Below are positions 50,301 through 64,000 of a DNA stretch of 64,000 bases, piece after piece. The translations under genes were made by a program, and so were the position numbers. Each line of letters opens with the position of its first letter. Within the stretch, counting starts at the first letter, position 1. Under the pieces are notes generated by a model. It was not told the origin of the DNA and searched no databases. It saw only the letters and a list, made by a program, of their open reading frames with translations. Where the stretch lies: the NCBI GenBank assembly GCA_040954595.2, contig CM082578.2, forward strand, positions 12,214,520-12,278,519, given 5' to 3'. This DNA comes from Balanoglossus misakiensis. Taxonomy: Eukaryota > Animalia > Hemichordata.

Positions 50301-53300
50301 GTTTGTTAGCTTTGTTTTTTTGGAACTGTCAGACAAGAAAATTTGCCATCTCCTAAGTATTGTGAACCGTGCACCCAACATTTGACTGTGTATGTGTCTT
50401 CAGCTCTCTCACCCCCATATCCCTTAAAATGAACCCACCCAAACCAGTGGAAACAATGGGTTTACACCATAGTCCAGTTGTGACAGGGGTTACAGTGTTA
50501 ACAATAGTGCTGTTTCCTTTCTTCTTACAGGAATTTGGAGAGAGATCTGCTCCTCATCGCCACTCACTTCATTGAGAAGGACAAAGAAAACAGGGCGGTT
50601 GCTTCAGCCAGCGCTCGACGCTCAGAATCTGCCAGGAAGAGACAGGTATGATGAAAAAAGAAAATGGGTTCCAGTAGATTACCAGAGCTTATTTTCTGCA
50701 GAACAGTTACATTTGTGATGTTTACATAGTGAAATACAATCAGTGATATATTTCTCATTGATTGTACGCGCAGATAGATTTATAATAATAAAGGTTCAGA
50801 GATAGGATGACTCTGTACAACTCTACCGTACAAGAAAATTTCAATGTACAAGTATAATATTTTTTATAAACTACATGATGTTTATGACGTTGATTTTTGG
50901 CCAGGGTCAAGCTGCAGCTGGAGATGTGGACATGCCTATGTATGGTCATCAACAAGTGGACAGGTTTGCTGTCTTGATGGATCTGTGGGCCAGTGAAGCT
51001 GATTATCTGGAAAACAAACGCCAGGTTAGAGTTTATACTTTACATCCCAAAAGTAGATCCCTCTCTTTTTATTAATTCCCAATAAAATATTGGATTATGT
51101 AAATGATAAACAGGTACATGATGTATATGTATGTCATAATTCCCAAAGCAAACAAAACTAGATTTTCAACATTTTCTTCCTTTTTTTAAAATTTCAGTTA
51201 CTAGATTGTTATCTGGAGTCGTATCACCATGTCTTTGATATGCAAGAAAAGCGACAACTGACTCAGGTCATCACCAACATTATGTCCCAGAGACCACGCT
51301 TCGACTTTGATGCCGACTACTTTGTGAAGACCTATCGTGCCGAGTCTATCTGCCTGAGACTTCACTGTACACTTATCAAGTCTATTCTTGACAAACAGGT
51401 CTGTTTGTGTGTGTGTGTGTGTGGGGGGGGGGGGGGGTGGTGCACTGGTTTTGATGGAAAAGTTCCAAGGTCTGAAAACTTTAATCAAATGACAACAATG
51501 ATCAATCTGGATCACAGCAGAGACAGGGTTGCTCTCTGTTGATATTATTTTTGTGCTTTCCGGTTTATGCGAGCCAACATTGCTGAATTATTTGTTGGTA
51601 GGTAGACCTGTAGTCCTGCACACAACTTATAAAACCGTGTTCCATTTTCTTCCGCTATCCCTATTGCAGATAGAAGAGCAGAGAGAATACATCCAGAAAG
51701 TAACCAGGGCAGGCGATGGCGAGTTTGGAGTCCCCTATCAGATCATTCCAAAACAACTAGTGGCGTTGAATCTTAGCAGGTAAGTGTAAATTTCTCTTTG
51801 ATTTTTGGGCAGTGTGTAAAAATTACATACATGCAGGGCTATACTAGCCATGCAATCGATTGCTAATTTTGTTTGACTTCATGTATTTTTTCACACAATA
51901 GGCCAGCTCTGAAGCATGTGTACATGTTGGAGTTTCATCCATCGCTATCCATTGGAAGCAGGTTGCCAGTGTGTCTCAAGAAGGCATATTTTGTAAGTGG
52001 AAAACATCAGTCACACATGTAGCGTTCATTAAAACCTACCATCCAAATATTTCCAAAAAATAATATGAGGTTATCAGGAGCCTATAAAATGGGATTTAAT
52101 GAAAAAATAAAACACTGGATTAATGATTATCCTCTGTTGTTTCTTTTGTGATCATGCATTGGCATCATTTCATCCTGGCTACCAGCCAGAAAGATTGCAC
52201 ATTTGAAGCTAAGACTCGCTACTTTTTTGGTATCTTGTAGGATCTGTACCACACCCACCAACCCAAGTCAGTCACAGAGGCCATCTCCATGGACAAGAAG
52301 CTGCTGCAAGTGGCTCTCTCTCAGTGGGAGAAGTTGGAACCCCCAGGGAATGGCTACTCAGCCCAGGTGCAGAAAGATGTAAGTTGTTGGCGTATCTCAG
52401 GTTACTAGTATTTTCCCATGGTAGCCAATGATTTCTCTAGTCGTCAGTCACACAGGAAATGGAATGATGTACATTTCTGAAGGGCACTCTCGATCGACCC
52501 TCTTCCAGATTCCTGGGCAAAATTTCATGATTGAATACCAGAATGAATGATGTACCGGCAGTTACAATATCATAAATGACGTGTTTACCTCTACAGGTCT
52601 TCTCGGACGTATACGCAGAAGATCCGTTCTTCATATGCGAGATCGGGGAATCCCTCTTCCAGGCCAGAGACAGCGGGGGCGGCAAACGCAGCAAGAAGGA
52701 GAAGCAGGCCCACCTGCTGGGCATCTGGACGCGCCTGCTGGAGACAATCACTGTACGACACAGACTCATAGACGCAGCGTGGGAAACGGAGATACTCTCA
52801 AAGCTCTACAAGGGGCTGGCCTTTGAGATGGGCTTCGAGGAGTATCATCTATTTCTACGCTATGTCCAGTTTGAGTTTGCCTCGTTCAAGGAGAACGCCG
52901 ACCAGCCCCCGCCGGTGTTCATCACGGCACTGCAGGAGGATGACAGTAGCGTGGACAGGTGGGCATGAACATCACATCCACGTTGGTGCATGTTTTGTAC
53001 AGTGTATTTGCTGATTGGGATTTTTTGTCATGTAAATTACAGACGTGCTTTATAACTACATGTACCGGTATATTAATTTGCTTTGCTTCAGATACGTACC
53101 ATCATCCCTGTACTTGGCCATTCAGGAAATTGATGAAAAGCATGTGGGCATGTTTACCTTTAGAACCAGAGATGGGTTCATCAAGGTAAGTTTCATATTA
53201 AATCCTGTCTCTCTAATATATTCAATGAAATGAAATGAATTACAGTGTTGCAAGTGTATGAAGTACCGGTACATCCCAAATAGTTGCTGTTTGTTTCAGT

Positions 53301-56300
53301 GAATGAGGAGTTTGACATGTCTTGCTGTGTGTTCTGTTTGCAGATGATTGAAGGATCAGGCTTGGAGAATCTACGCATTGCTCTGCGATGTCAGATTGTC
53401 CACAAAAATGCCTTGCTGAGTGCCGTGCAGCAGGCCAGTGTGTGTTCCTACTTCCAAGAAGTGACCCAAACGGTTGACAATGGAAAGAGGTGGGTTCTGT
53501 AGTCATCTGAAGGTAGATGCATGAACGCAAGGGAGCCTTCCCATACAATTAAATTAAATATCAGTTCTCAATGTAGCTGTAATATACGGTCTTTGTTGTA
53601 AAGCAAAATACAAGGTGTTTCAACTGATCACACTGATACAGGCATCAGGGAAAATCTTAAAATATTATTAAAAATTGCAGAGTTGCTCTTCTTTTAATCT
53701 TGTGCACCTTGACACCCCCTGATGGCCTGTGACATTGTCTTTCACACTTATCCATGTTGGTTTCAGTGGACGTAAGTCGCCGTCCGATGCTCGTAGCGAG
53801 AAGAGCTCCATGACGGCCATGACCAGCATGGGATCGGCAACTGCTAACATTCAAAGCATGGCGTCATCGGTTGTGTTTGCATCCAAACTGAAAACAGGCA
53901 TGGAGAGGCACAAGAGGTCGCCAGAGTCGTTTGTGTCCCTGCAACTTGAAAAGGTATGTTGGAGTTGGTATCTCGCAGTTTAAATACTGCATGTAGGAAG
54001 TAGAAAAAACATTTTTGGGTTCTATGTCCAAACTTAAATCTGCAACCAAGAGTGAAAGACAGCACCTGATTATTTAGCAGAAATAGCCAAGGAATTACTT
54101 GAAATATGAAAGACTTGATTTTCCTCGCGTATGATTTTCTTCAGGCTCCGTCCAGAGATATGATGTTGAATGACTTTCTGAAGAAAAAGCAAACCATGGG
54201 CACCCTCATGAAGAGTAACGAAGAAGTGGAAAAACTGAAAAGGTAGGTGGCCATTTTGACAGGATGAAAATAAATCCATATCATAACACGTGACATTTCC
54301 TGATAGAAATGAAAATTTTGTATTTTGTTTTCTTTATTGACTTTGTCTTTTTTGCTTGAGTGCTAACTGAGACAAAATGTTGTTTTATCTGCAGGTCTTT
54401 GATTGGCTCATTCTGTCACCATTACCAACGGCGGATGTCCCAGTACTCCCTGCGAGGTCAGATCATCGCCTACCTGAACAGCACAATGGCTTTACTGGAG
54501 GAATTCCCCACGACCAAACAGGCCCACTTCATGGTGGGAAGGCCCAATGAAAAGAAGACAGAAGACGATGACAAGAAAGGACTTGCCACTGATCCAAGGT
54601 AGAAATATAAAAGGGAATGTTACTTGTTGGGGACCAGATGAGTTCATCTGCACAGCTTGATGTAGAAAACCAACAGATTTCTGGATATACATGTAGAGAT
54701 TCATTCAGTGCTTGAGTTCGAGAGGCCTATTGTATGGCCTGAACGTACGCAAAATTTCAGGCTGATAAATTTTCAGAAAAATGTGTCAGTTTAGATTTGT
54801 TTTATGCACAAACATATTTTTAACCAGATTTTTCATACATAATCAGCGTCTGTGAATTATTGATTCCTTTTCAGGACACTTCACAAAAGACCGAGGCAGA
54901 TCCTCTCCAAAGACGGCTCCACGTTGCTGAATCTCTGGTTTCTGCCACACCACTCCGAGGTGCTCATCATGTTCAAAACTCTCGACAATGACACTTGCAT
55001 CAAGGCGCTGAGGATGACACTGCACCTTGTGGCCGCCTTGCACGACATCCTGCACTACCTGTGTGCCTATTCCAGGCTTGGAAGTTCCCATGCCAGGTAG
55101 GTCTTCCCGCACTCTCAATTTCAGGATTCATTACCAATGGCCAACAAAAGTACTGACAAAATCTTGCGTGTACCGTACATACCATATTCGTCCCATCATA
55201 GTAGCCTGCTCATATATAATCCCCCAAAGGTTTTACACGTGATTTGTATTCTGTGATACATTCCTTTGTAAGCCCCTCCAGAAATACTGTCTCCCGTGGT
55301 GGTGGAAATCGCTATGCTGAAGTGAAATATAATCAGTCAACTATAATTTTACGGAACTGCAAAATGACAGGTTGTCGCTGATAATGTATGTCCCTGTTGT
55401 TTCTGTTGCAATCACTACATGTATATGTATTTTAAATTTATGTATTATGACAGGCTTGGATCAAAGGGAGCAGAGTTTTCATCGGCCGACTGGGGCGGCT
55501 CTGAGGGCATATCAGCCGAACTCAGAGCAATACAAAAACAAATTGATAACTTAGACAATCCAACCAGCCCTCATGAGGTGAGTACCATGGGTCGTTGTGA
55601 ATTGTGTTGTTGATTGATTATTCATTGAAATGATTTATCCGAATAGGAGACATGTTCAAAAGTAATCATGTTATAATCAGTGGATCTTGAGAGATTAGGT
55701 GAAGTCATTAACAGGAGAAGTATCAATGACCACAGAGAGAATAATCTGAGACATTATAATATAGGACAGTATGTCTTTAGCAGGTATTACAGATAGATAG
55801 AACACCCATTCCAATTAGTATTGGTAGTGGAGCTGAAGTTGTGAGGCAGGAGAGGAAAAGAGGCGTTGTCATGCTCTCTCATACCACTTGAGGGCGCTGC
55901 TAGGCAGCCACCTGTTGATATCAGTCAGGAATACTGTTTAAAGAGAGCTTCATGTAGGACAGGACACCCTTTTGCACCCTCAAGCAAGACAGGTAAAAGT
56001 AGAGCAAGGAAAAATAGGAAGTGATCAGATGAATATTAGGATGCAGTGAAGAAAATCTCTGAGATTTGTCGTATATTTGCACAATCATGGTTCATAAATA
56101 TTTTCCATTCATTAGGTATGGTCACACTACACTTTATTTATCAAGAAAATCATTGATAAGATGAAATAGAACAAGCTTTCTCCTTCTGTGACAGGGTTAA
56201 TGATTTCGATCAAATGTATTCTTTGATCTTTTGCCTTGACTCCATGTTATGACATCTTCACAGGTTTCTGATTACCTGACACTGCGACGTGATGTCATGT

Positions 56301-59300
56301 TTCTGGAGTTCGACACCTCCGTCCGCCACGCGATGTGCGACACGTTTCTCTCCACCAATAACGTGGCCGCGTACAGGAGTGTGACGGACAACATGCACAC
56401 TGCCCTCACCGGTCTCAGCAATGTACAGGTACCCTCCGTCTACTCCATCTCCCTGCCCGTGCCCGAACCGTACGAACCCAGAGATTTCCACGCCCAGCAG
56501 GTCACGCCGTGGAGGGCGTTTCTTGGCAGGTGAGTGTGATAAACAAATTGGGGAGAGGGGAATGAAATTTGTACAGCATTGGTCATCTAAATGATGCTTC
56601 AGCTGAGGTGCGTGTACTGTGCAAGCAGATGTTCTATTTTAACCCTTTCAACTGTACCATAGAAAACGATATGTTTGGACCAAACTAATTAGTTAAAGGG
56701 CAAACAAAATAATTGGAAACTTTATAAGCATGCTTAGTATATCACCTTTTGCAATTTATGGCCAAAACTTTGAAAATTATCTTCTTGATTTTTCTGACTT
56801 TCGCTTTGTGATAGTCCATATCTCTGCATGTAGTTTACTGTTCAGTTGTGTTACAAGTGTGGAGCAATGCTTGGTTGTCAATCTTTGTAGCTGACAAAAC
56901 TTTGAGTGCGGCAAATTCCCAGGTGGTTTCTATAAAAATACAGGCAATCTGCTCTGTATCATGTGAAAGTATTCCCTCGGAGACAGTGATGCAAGTCATC
57001 ATATCCTCTGACTTCCTACCACGCCTTGTTTCCCCCTCCCCCCCAGGAGAGGTCCGTTCCCCACCCAGTTCTGGGACTTCCGCCAGATCGAGTACAACAT
57101 GCAGCTGTGTCTGGCCGGCCTGCGGGACGTGGACAGGCACGTGGCCAACGGGGAGATTCTGGGCGTGTCGCTGCTGATGGAGGATGTGCTGCAGACCTGT
57201 CAACCGGACGAGCTGTACAACAACATGGATGTGGAGAGTGACGATGAGAGTGGCAAGGAGAAAGACGCCAAGGATGGAGGCACGACGCCGAGAATAGAGG
57301 AACAGCCAACAGAAGAAAAAGAAGTCAGCCACCACCGTACGTGATATGCTTCATGACAAATCTTTCACTCCATCACCAGATAGAGTTATATTTTGTTCTC
57401 GTTATTATATGCAAAACGTCTAAAACCCCAATTTTATTGTAAAATTTCATCCACAGGAGACAAGTATCAATTTATTTAAATGAACTGATTTTTGTTTGCT
57501 TTCAGATGCACCAAAGAAGGCAATCTCCAGAAGCAAGGAACCAATTGTTGCCTACGGACTTCTCAAGAAGTTCCTCATACTGTGGAAGATCTTGGAAGTG
57601 TTCAAGAAGGAGTGGGCCAGAAGAAAGCTGCAAGACGAGGAAATAGCTACAAGATCGGCGTTCCAAAAATATTGGTAAGGAGATTTGAGAATTCCTGGTG
57701 ATGTAACTTGTTTTGAATCCCAATTGTATCTGTGGAGGATTAAGACAAGGGCAGTTTAGTTTAAAGGGCGACGATCGTCTTATGCGCATCATAATTTTGA
57801 GTGTGTTTAGGAACACTTTATTCTACCAAACAACTATGCATCTGACTGTGTGTATTTTCTGAATTCACTTCACTTCTGCATGAAACACAAAGTACAAAAT
57901 GTCAGTCCCTATCCCACCCTCCCCTGAGATCCCTTTCACCACCTGAATGCCAACCTTCTGTTTTCTGTTGATTGTTTTCCCTTACCTGCAGCAAAGTGTA
58001 CAAGGTTGAAGTGGTGTACCCTGTTGTGAAGAGCATTGCCCGAAAGTATGGACAGGTAGGTCTGAGAGCGTTTAGTCTGGTGTGACTGAAATATCTGCTA
58101 TGCAAATGTAAAAAATGAAACACGGTATGTCCACTAAACCAAAACTTGTCTTGCCATCTAGGCCAATTGATTTCGAAACGTGACCTGCTCAGGTGGCATA
58201 TACATGTACCTCTAAACCTGTCTCTGGGGGTCGGATTCTGCTGTGACCCTTTAGATAGTACTTATGAGAAGCTGTCCACTGAGACAGAATTCTGCTTAAT
58301 TTTGTGTCCATCCATCATTGACAGGGCGACATGTACGAAGGAATGATCCGGGAAGACGAACCCGTGCCGGCGCCGGCAGGTGCTTCGGAAATGGAAATTA
58401 GAGCCAAGCAGCTGATCCGGCTCATCGACCATCTCGAGGCCTTCATGATTCACGAGCTCAGGAAGAAGATCGCCAAGGAACACACGCTGGTTGTTTCAGA
58501 GAGAGGTCGCGAGGAGGGCAACCTGCCAACCGACTTGTGGAAGAAACCAGTGAGTGACAAAGACCATACTTCCAAAATATCACTTTTCAAAAATGAGGTC
58601 CTGGGGCTAGAAAAATCAGTTTGTCTGCAGTGCAGTACCTCAATCCTTGAAGACTTTATTATTCTGTTTTTCTAAGACTACCAAAGGTTGATATTTGATC
58701 AGTCGTACAGTAATTTCATGTATGTGTTTCTTTTGATTGGCAGGTTATTAATGAGAGAATGACCATAGCTAAACCCCACATAGCAGAAGATTTCAGTCGT
58801 ATGTTGGTGTCAGAAGCCACACAGAGTGGTGATGACATCATTATCAAGAGAGTAAGTACTACCTATCTCTTGTTCATTGAAAAGAAGTCAAATATTACAG
58901 ACTATGAATGCAGAACTGAGTGTAATGGCAGTATTGCTTTGTATGCCCTGTTTTGGAGTATATAATTATGTATACAAATTTATCTCTTCTAATATTGTAC
59001 ATGTACTATGCTTCCATACTTGTTCTGACATCTGTTTTTGTCTTCTTTCGTAGGAGACACTGAACAAAGCCCTGTCCACGCTGGCAAACTTGGTGATGCA
59101 GAGAGAGAGAAGCAACTATGAGTCTTACTCCATGTATTACGAGAATCTTTTGCGTCACCATCATCAGCTGCTCTACCAGAGAGAACAGGTGAGTGGAGGT
59201 TGAATGGCGTGGCAGTCAACTTTGACCCTCACATTAGTGGTTGCCCAACATTGACCTTGTCAGCCAATTTTTTTGGACAAAATCATTCAGCATCTGAAGT

Positions 59301-62300
59301 ATCCCATATACATCACTACCAACACCACTTGCGTCTTGAGCTGCTATTCCCTGACCTCATCAGTAACGCTAATCATGACTGTGTCTTGTCGAATGTGTTA
59401 ATCTAAAACTCCTCTGCCTTGCCTCCAGGAAATCAAGAAACTGAAAGACACCAGTCAAGAGAAAGGAGCTTCGGGTCTTGTAGAAGTGCAGTGTCAATTA
59501 GCAGACAGAAGTCATGAATTGATACTAGGTGAGTGTGACAGTTCCTCGATGGACCCATATGCATACAGTAGGGCCTATATAAGACCACACGGCCAAGTCT
59601 GTGAGATTTGGTGCATTTTTAGGAGGGTTCAAACTGAGCCTAAGTCTTCCTGTCAGAGAAGGTTATTCAGCAATGACATTTATGAAATTTGCAACGTTAA
59701 GCTACAGGATAGGAAACTTTCAAAATGGATATTCTCAGAATAATGTTGAGTTAAGTGCATTAAATAGCCTACCATTTCAAATGAATCTTATCGATGTTTC
59801 CATTCATTGTACTCACAGAAATCACAGCTCTGAGAGCCAAGATTGCAGAAATGAGAGAGCAAGCCCTGACCATGGAAAGAGACATCCGAGAGAGAGTGAA
59901 AGAAGAGTGTAATGGATTGGTGCAGAATCTCTTCTCTGCTGCCTTTACACTGAAAACCAGATTTGATGAGTTCAGGTGAGAATTCTTTTCGTTGCCTCAG
60001 TGTAATATGCAAATAACAGGGCAGACAGTGCATAGTATAAGGTAATGGATAAACTGTCCTGAGTATGAAATTCCTGCCTTTGAATAGAGAATATTTTAAA
60101 CATCTCTGCAGATTCAGAGTCAACTAAGACGTCTGCCATACTGTTGGCACACCTGTACAACTTCTGCTGAAACTTAATGTTGTTTTGCCTGTTTTTTCCC
60201 CGTCTATAGACAACAGCTTTACGATGACATGTTTAATAGCATTGGTGACGTCAGGCATGACGCCATAATGACCATGAGTAAACTCAAATCTCAGCCAGGA
60301 GGAACAGAAGGTGAGTGTGAGAAATCCACTCGGGTCATTTCTCTGGCCATGGTGTCAAATGTTGCAAAGTATCATGCATTTAGATGGTGGTTTGGCGCTC
60401 GACCAATTTAGGACAGAGTGAGTGTCTGAAAGGTTCCTTTGTTAAGATGTGTGCAGAATGAGGTGCTGAGGATAACTTTTAGGTTTTAACAAGAGTATCC
60501 CATGCTTTGTCCACAGAGGAAGATGCCTTGCAGAGAAACCTGCGCAAATCCGAAGAACTCAGCAGAATTTCACATGAGAACAACGAACTGAACAGACTGG
60601 TGTTGAAAATGAAGATGGTAAACAACTGGAAGCGAACGCACCTTCAAGAGTATTATGAATCATTGGTGAGTGTGCATGGCCAGACTAAATGAGGTTGTAA
60701 TTGCACCTCTACTGTATAACAGATTGTTTGAATGTGATTTGTTTGAATTCCTCAACAATAAAGAGAAAATCAAATTCAAGGTAGTCCACTTGTCAGGTGT
60801 ATATACCCACGTACAGCTAATTGACTCATTGCTGTATCCCATTTTGATCCAGGTGTACAATCTTCGACAAGAGGCTGACAGATGCAAGAAAGATTACCTA
60901 GAAGTGAAGATGATGGCCGAGGAAGATGTCATTCTACTCCGGCAGCAGTTGGTGGCTTTGAAGAAAGCACTGACAAATTCCGAGAAGGCCAGAGAAGCCA
61001 TCCAGAAGCAGCAAGAAAAAGAGGTAAGCAGTTGAATGCAGTGACACACATACATGTACATGTACGTGTACGTACAGCAGTGACAAGAAAACAGTTTGTA
61101 CACATTTTGCCCAATGTTCCGTCTTTACAGTTCCATGTATTCAAATAGAAATTATTACAAATGATTTTCTTTTCAAAGCCCATCAGCTCTAAACCAAGCT
61201 GAGATACAGTAGCTCTATATCTTTGTCACTTTGTATGCACACAATTGACTTTTGTGTCATATGAGGTCTTGTCAGGACATCATTGCGAATGAGACGATGA
61301 CCACACTGAATATAACATGAACTTATTCTCGTCTTGCAGTCCAGAGTTATGAAAGAGCTGGAGCACAAAGCTGAGCAAGCAGCTCGCAGCGCCAAGCAGT
61401 TAGAACATGCCAGGGCTGCCAACTTATCTAAACTGGTGAGTTATCTTATCACACAGAGGTCAGTCTGCAGAGTTCTTTTGAAACCATAGAGGGCGGTTGT
61501 TATACTGAGTCTTCATGTCAATCTCATCGAGAGAGACTCGCGTTCTCTGGTTGATTATGTGCATCTTAGGAAAGACGTTAGACGTGATGGAGTCTGTATC
61601 ATCTCAGTGAACTTGACATTTTCTTACTTACGCAGATGGAACAACTTGAAGACAAAGATGTGCGCTTGAAGACGCTGAGCACCGAGCAGGAGAAGAAGGT
61701 GAAGATGAGTCAGATAATGCAGAACAAAGTGAAGAAAGACATGGGACACATGAAGAAACAACTGACGCATGAGAGATCTCTGAAGTTAGACGCCTTCCAA
61801 CGAATAGACGAGCTCCAGACCCAAGTGTACGACTACGAGGTCGACTTTCAGTTGCCATCCAGGCCACACACAGCAGGCAGTAAGTCAGATGAAATTCATA
61901 TGTCTAGCTTCTCCACACAAAATGCATTTTATGTGGTCCACAAGTCCTCTTGTATAATGTTGCATGATAGTAAAAGCATGGATCTGTCCTTCAAAGTAGA
62001 TCCATAGAATTGTCATTTCTAAATATTTGTTATTTTCATCAGAGGTATTCATGCAACTTTTTCACAAAGTCTTTATCTCCCATTGCCATTTTATTAATTG
62101 CCAACATCCTTGATTCCGTCTGTCTCCATCAAGCTGCGTCCCCTCAGTTGCTGGTGATATGGTCCATTGGATCATGGAAAGCAATGGGAACATTTCATTC
62201 CATGAGGATACTTAGGGTTGTTATCTTACAGTTAATTAACATGTTTTTGGAATGGTGATGATGAGTTTGAAAGTGCCCCCCTGGTACCTCCCCCTTACTT

Positions 62301-63732
62301 TGACTGACTGTGCAACAGCCATCGTGTCCAAATCCTGCTTGCCGCCTTGGATTGTTGTGGTGGCATGTCAAATGGTTTTCAATCCCCCCAGATTTCTTTT
62401 TTTTCCCCACACTATGCTCTTCCCACCCATCACAAGTTCGCATTGAATGATTTGCCTGATTGTCCAAACCTCTTTTCTCCCCGATTGCTCACCCAGTGAA
62501 AGTTTTTAGCGTTAGATTCCCACGTAAGTACACGTAGACGCACACAAGCGGGAACTGTCAACTTGCTTGCATTTTACACTTCCACCAACAGCACGTACGA
62601 CTAGCTGTGTCTGTGTGTCTTACTGAACTGTCACATCTCATGAGTTGTATCTCCGTTTCACATTTCTCGATGCATCGAGATGGCGTGCTGTGTTTTTCGC
62701 TCTTGAGTGCTGTGACTTTTAATTCAGTTTGAAGTGCACTAACACACACAGTCCAACACACAAGAAATACAAAAATGCTTGAATGAAACACAGTTGGCGA
62801 TAGGATATGCTTTTATCTGTCGTAACAAAATAGGGACCTGGGCTTGCCCTCCAGGTGGAACTTTGTCAAACCTGAACTTTGTCAATCTGTCAACATCTAC
62901 ATGTATCGGTATGTTGCCTGAATAAAGCAAGGTCAAAGTTCATTTACTTCATGAGGGAAAAGGCATTCACCTGTACACTGCTTACAACCCATTAAGAACA
63001 TAATTATAACATTTTCCTTGCAAAGCGATTCACCATCAATGAAAATTCAATGTGGTTTGTTGTTCTCTCTGCAGCTGTGCGCACCGCCAGGACGACCAAG
63101 TCCAGTCGTCCAAGCACAGGCATCTGGCCGCCACACGTAGGTTTCCCGCCCAATTACAATCGCTCTCTGACCCCCGACCCCTGGCCAAAAGAACCGGATG
63201 GTGACCGAATAACGCAGAGGCCAAAAACTGTGAGTTGAGTTTTGAAATTTCTGATTTTTTTTTTAAAGCAGCATGTGTGAACTTTTGTATGTGCGTGAGT
63301 GCATGCTTGGTTAAACCTTGCTGTGGCTGAGATTACATGTGTAGTAATAGGGCTGTTAATCTTGTTTCAGTCGATGATTAACTGGAGATGAGTAAAAAAG
63401 ATAATTGATGAGTTCAGTGTCTGATGATGGTGATAAATTCAGAGATAAGTCCCGGGTTCTGCCTGCTGGGTCAAATATATTTCTGACCTGTCCTGGTTTA
63501 TTTTTAAGTTGTAAGATAAAATGACAATAAAAGATTTAAATTCATGTGATTTTTTTGCTAGCCAGATCTTATAAATAAATGAATATTTTTTTCTGTGATT
63601 GTCCTGTAGGTGAATGGTCGCCTTAGACACAGAATCACAGATCAGCTAATCCATGACATGGAGCCAAACCACCATGAGACTATTATGCAGCTGATGGAAG
63701 TCGAGAAGATGCAGAAAGTGGGACAGAAATGA
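44399..63732 (+). CDS. Very large multi-exon coiled-coil protein, CCDC162/C6orf183 (DUF4549)-like; ~45 exons, roughly 2,200 aa, apparently complete
   Basis: Continuous phase-compatible exons from KIKTLEAELSKELTDLKLDIEENE...LPRDIEHFRQER...QCKHMHMLRWKRFC...IMSEYNDTIARAKRL to a coiled-coil C-terminus (QLTHERSLKLDAFQRIDELQTQ); last exon 63610-63732 ends in TGA. The family call is from recalled N-terminal similarity. Confidence 0.75.
47483..47605. mobile_element. 123-bp MITE, PIF/Harbinger (Tourist)-like
   Basis: TIRs GGGACTGGTCTGTTTCTCTGG ... CCAGAGAAACTGACCAGTCCC (one mismatch); TTA on both flanks (47480-47482 and 47606-47608); intronic. Confidence 0.8.
62497..62523 (+). other. Candidate 27-nt cassette microexon of the CCDC162-like gene
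   Basis: Polypyrimidine tract + TGC + CAG | TGAAAGTTTTTAGCGTTAGATTCCCAC | GTAAGT; preserves phase 1 between the flanking exons with no stop codon. Confidence 0.55.
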
Positions 63733-64000
63733 AGAAAAAAAAATTCTGGTCCTGTCCTGAGCTAGACAATCTTGTCAGCAAACCATTCAGACAAAGCAAT
63801 GTTTATTTTCTCATTTCCTTCTTCTGCAGAATCTATTATTGTGCATTATTTCACACTAAATTTCGGCGCAACATGTTTTGCTGGTCCACGGTCCTGAACC
63901 GGTATATGCACCAGCTTGACGTGACAAGGTTGTAAGAAATAGTTTCGGAGCCAGGCATGGCCATGCTGCCTGTACGTTATCACAGCGCGACGCAGACTTT

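Noticed and set aside
62457-62469. TGATTGTCCAAAC, equal to the first 13 nt of miR-219
   Set aside because: The rest of the mature sequence differs and no star arm follows; the sequence runs into the pyrimidine tract of the microexon candidate.

Overview
Intron-rich animal genomic DNA, probably a marine invertebrate (GT-AG introns, patchy CpG depletion, many TACATGTA words); no prokaryotic-type features. Ten protein-coding genes can be assembled by hand from splice sites. In order: the 3' glycosylase exons of MBD4 (+); a multi-exon gene I do not recognise (-); four tandem two-exon caveolins (-); a complete TRPV channel of the Inactive/OSM-9/Nanchung group (-); EBP sterol isomerase (-) head-to-head with BAP1 (+); and a ~19 kb CCDC162/DUF4549-like coiled-coil gene (+). 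Best leads: (1) the Cys-rich caveolin array, with a 239-bp perfect gene-conversion tract and a shared X-box/forkhead-like promoter block; (2) RFX X-box motifs at several promoters, suggesting a ciliary gene neighbourhood; (3) a probable polyadenylated terminal exon upstream of the MBD4 glycosylase exons, which would give a MeCP2-like isoform; (4) a TRPV with mixed Nanchung-like and Inactive-like residues; (5) a 27-nt microexon candidate and a UAG-CARYYA readthrough context. Homology calls come from recalled protein motifs, not database searches.
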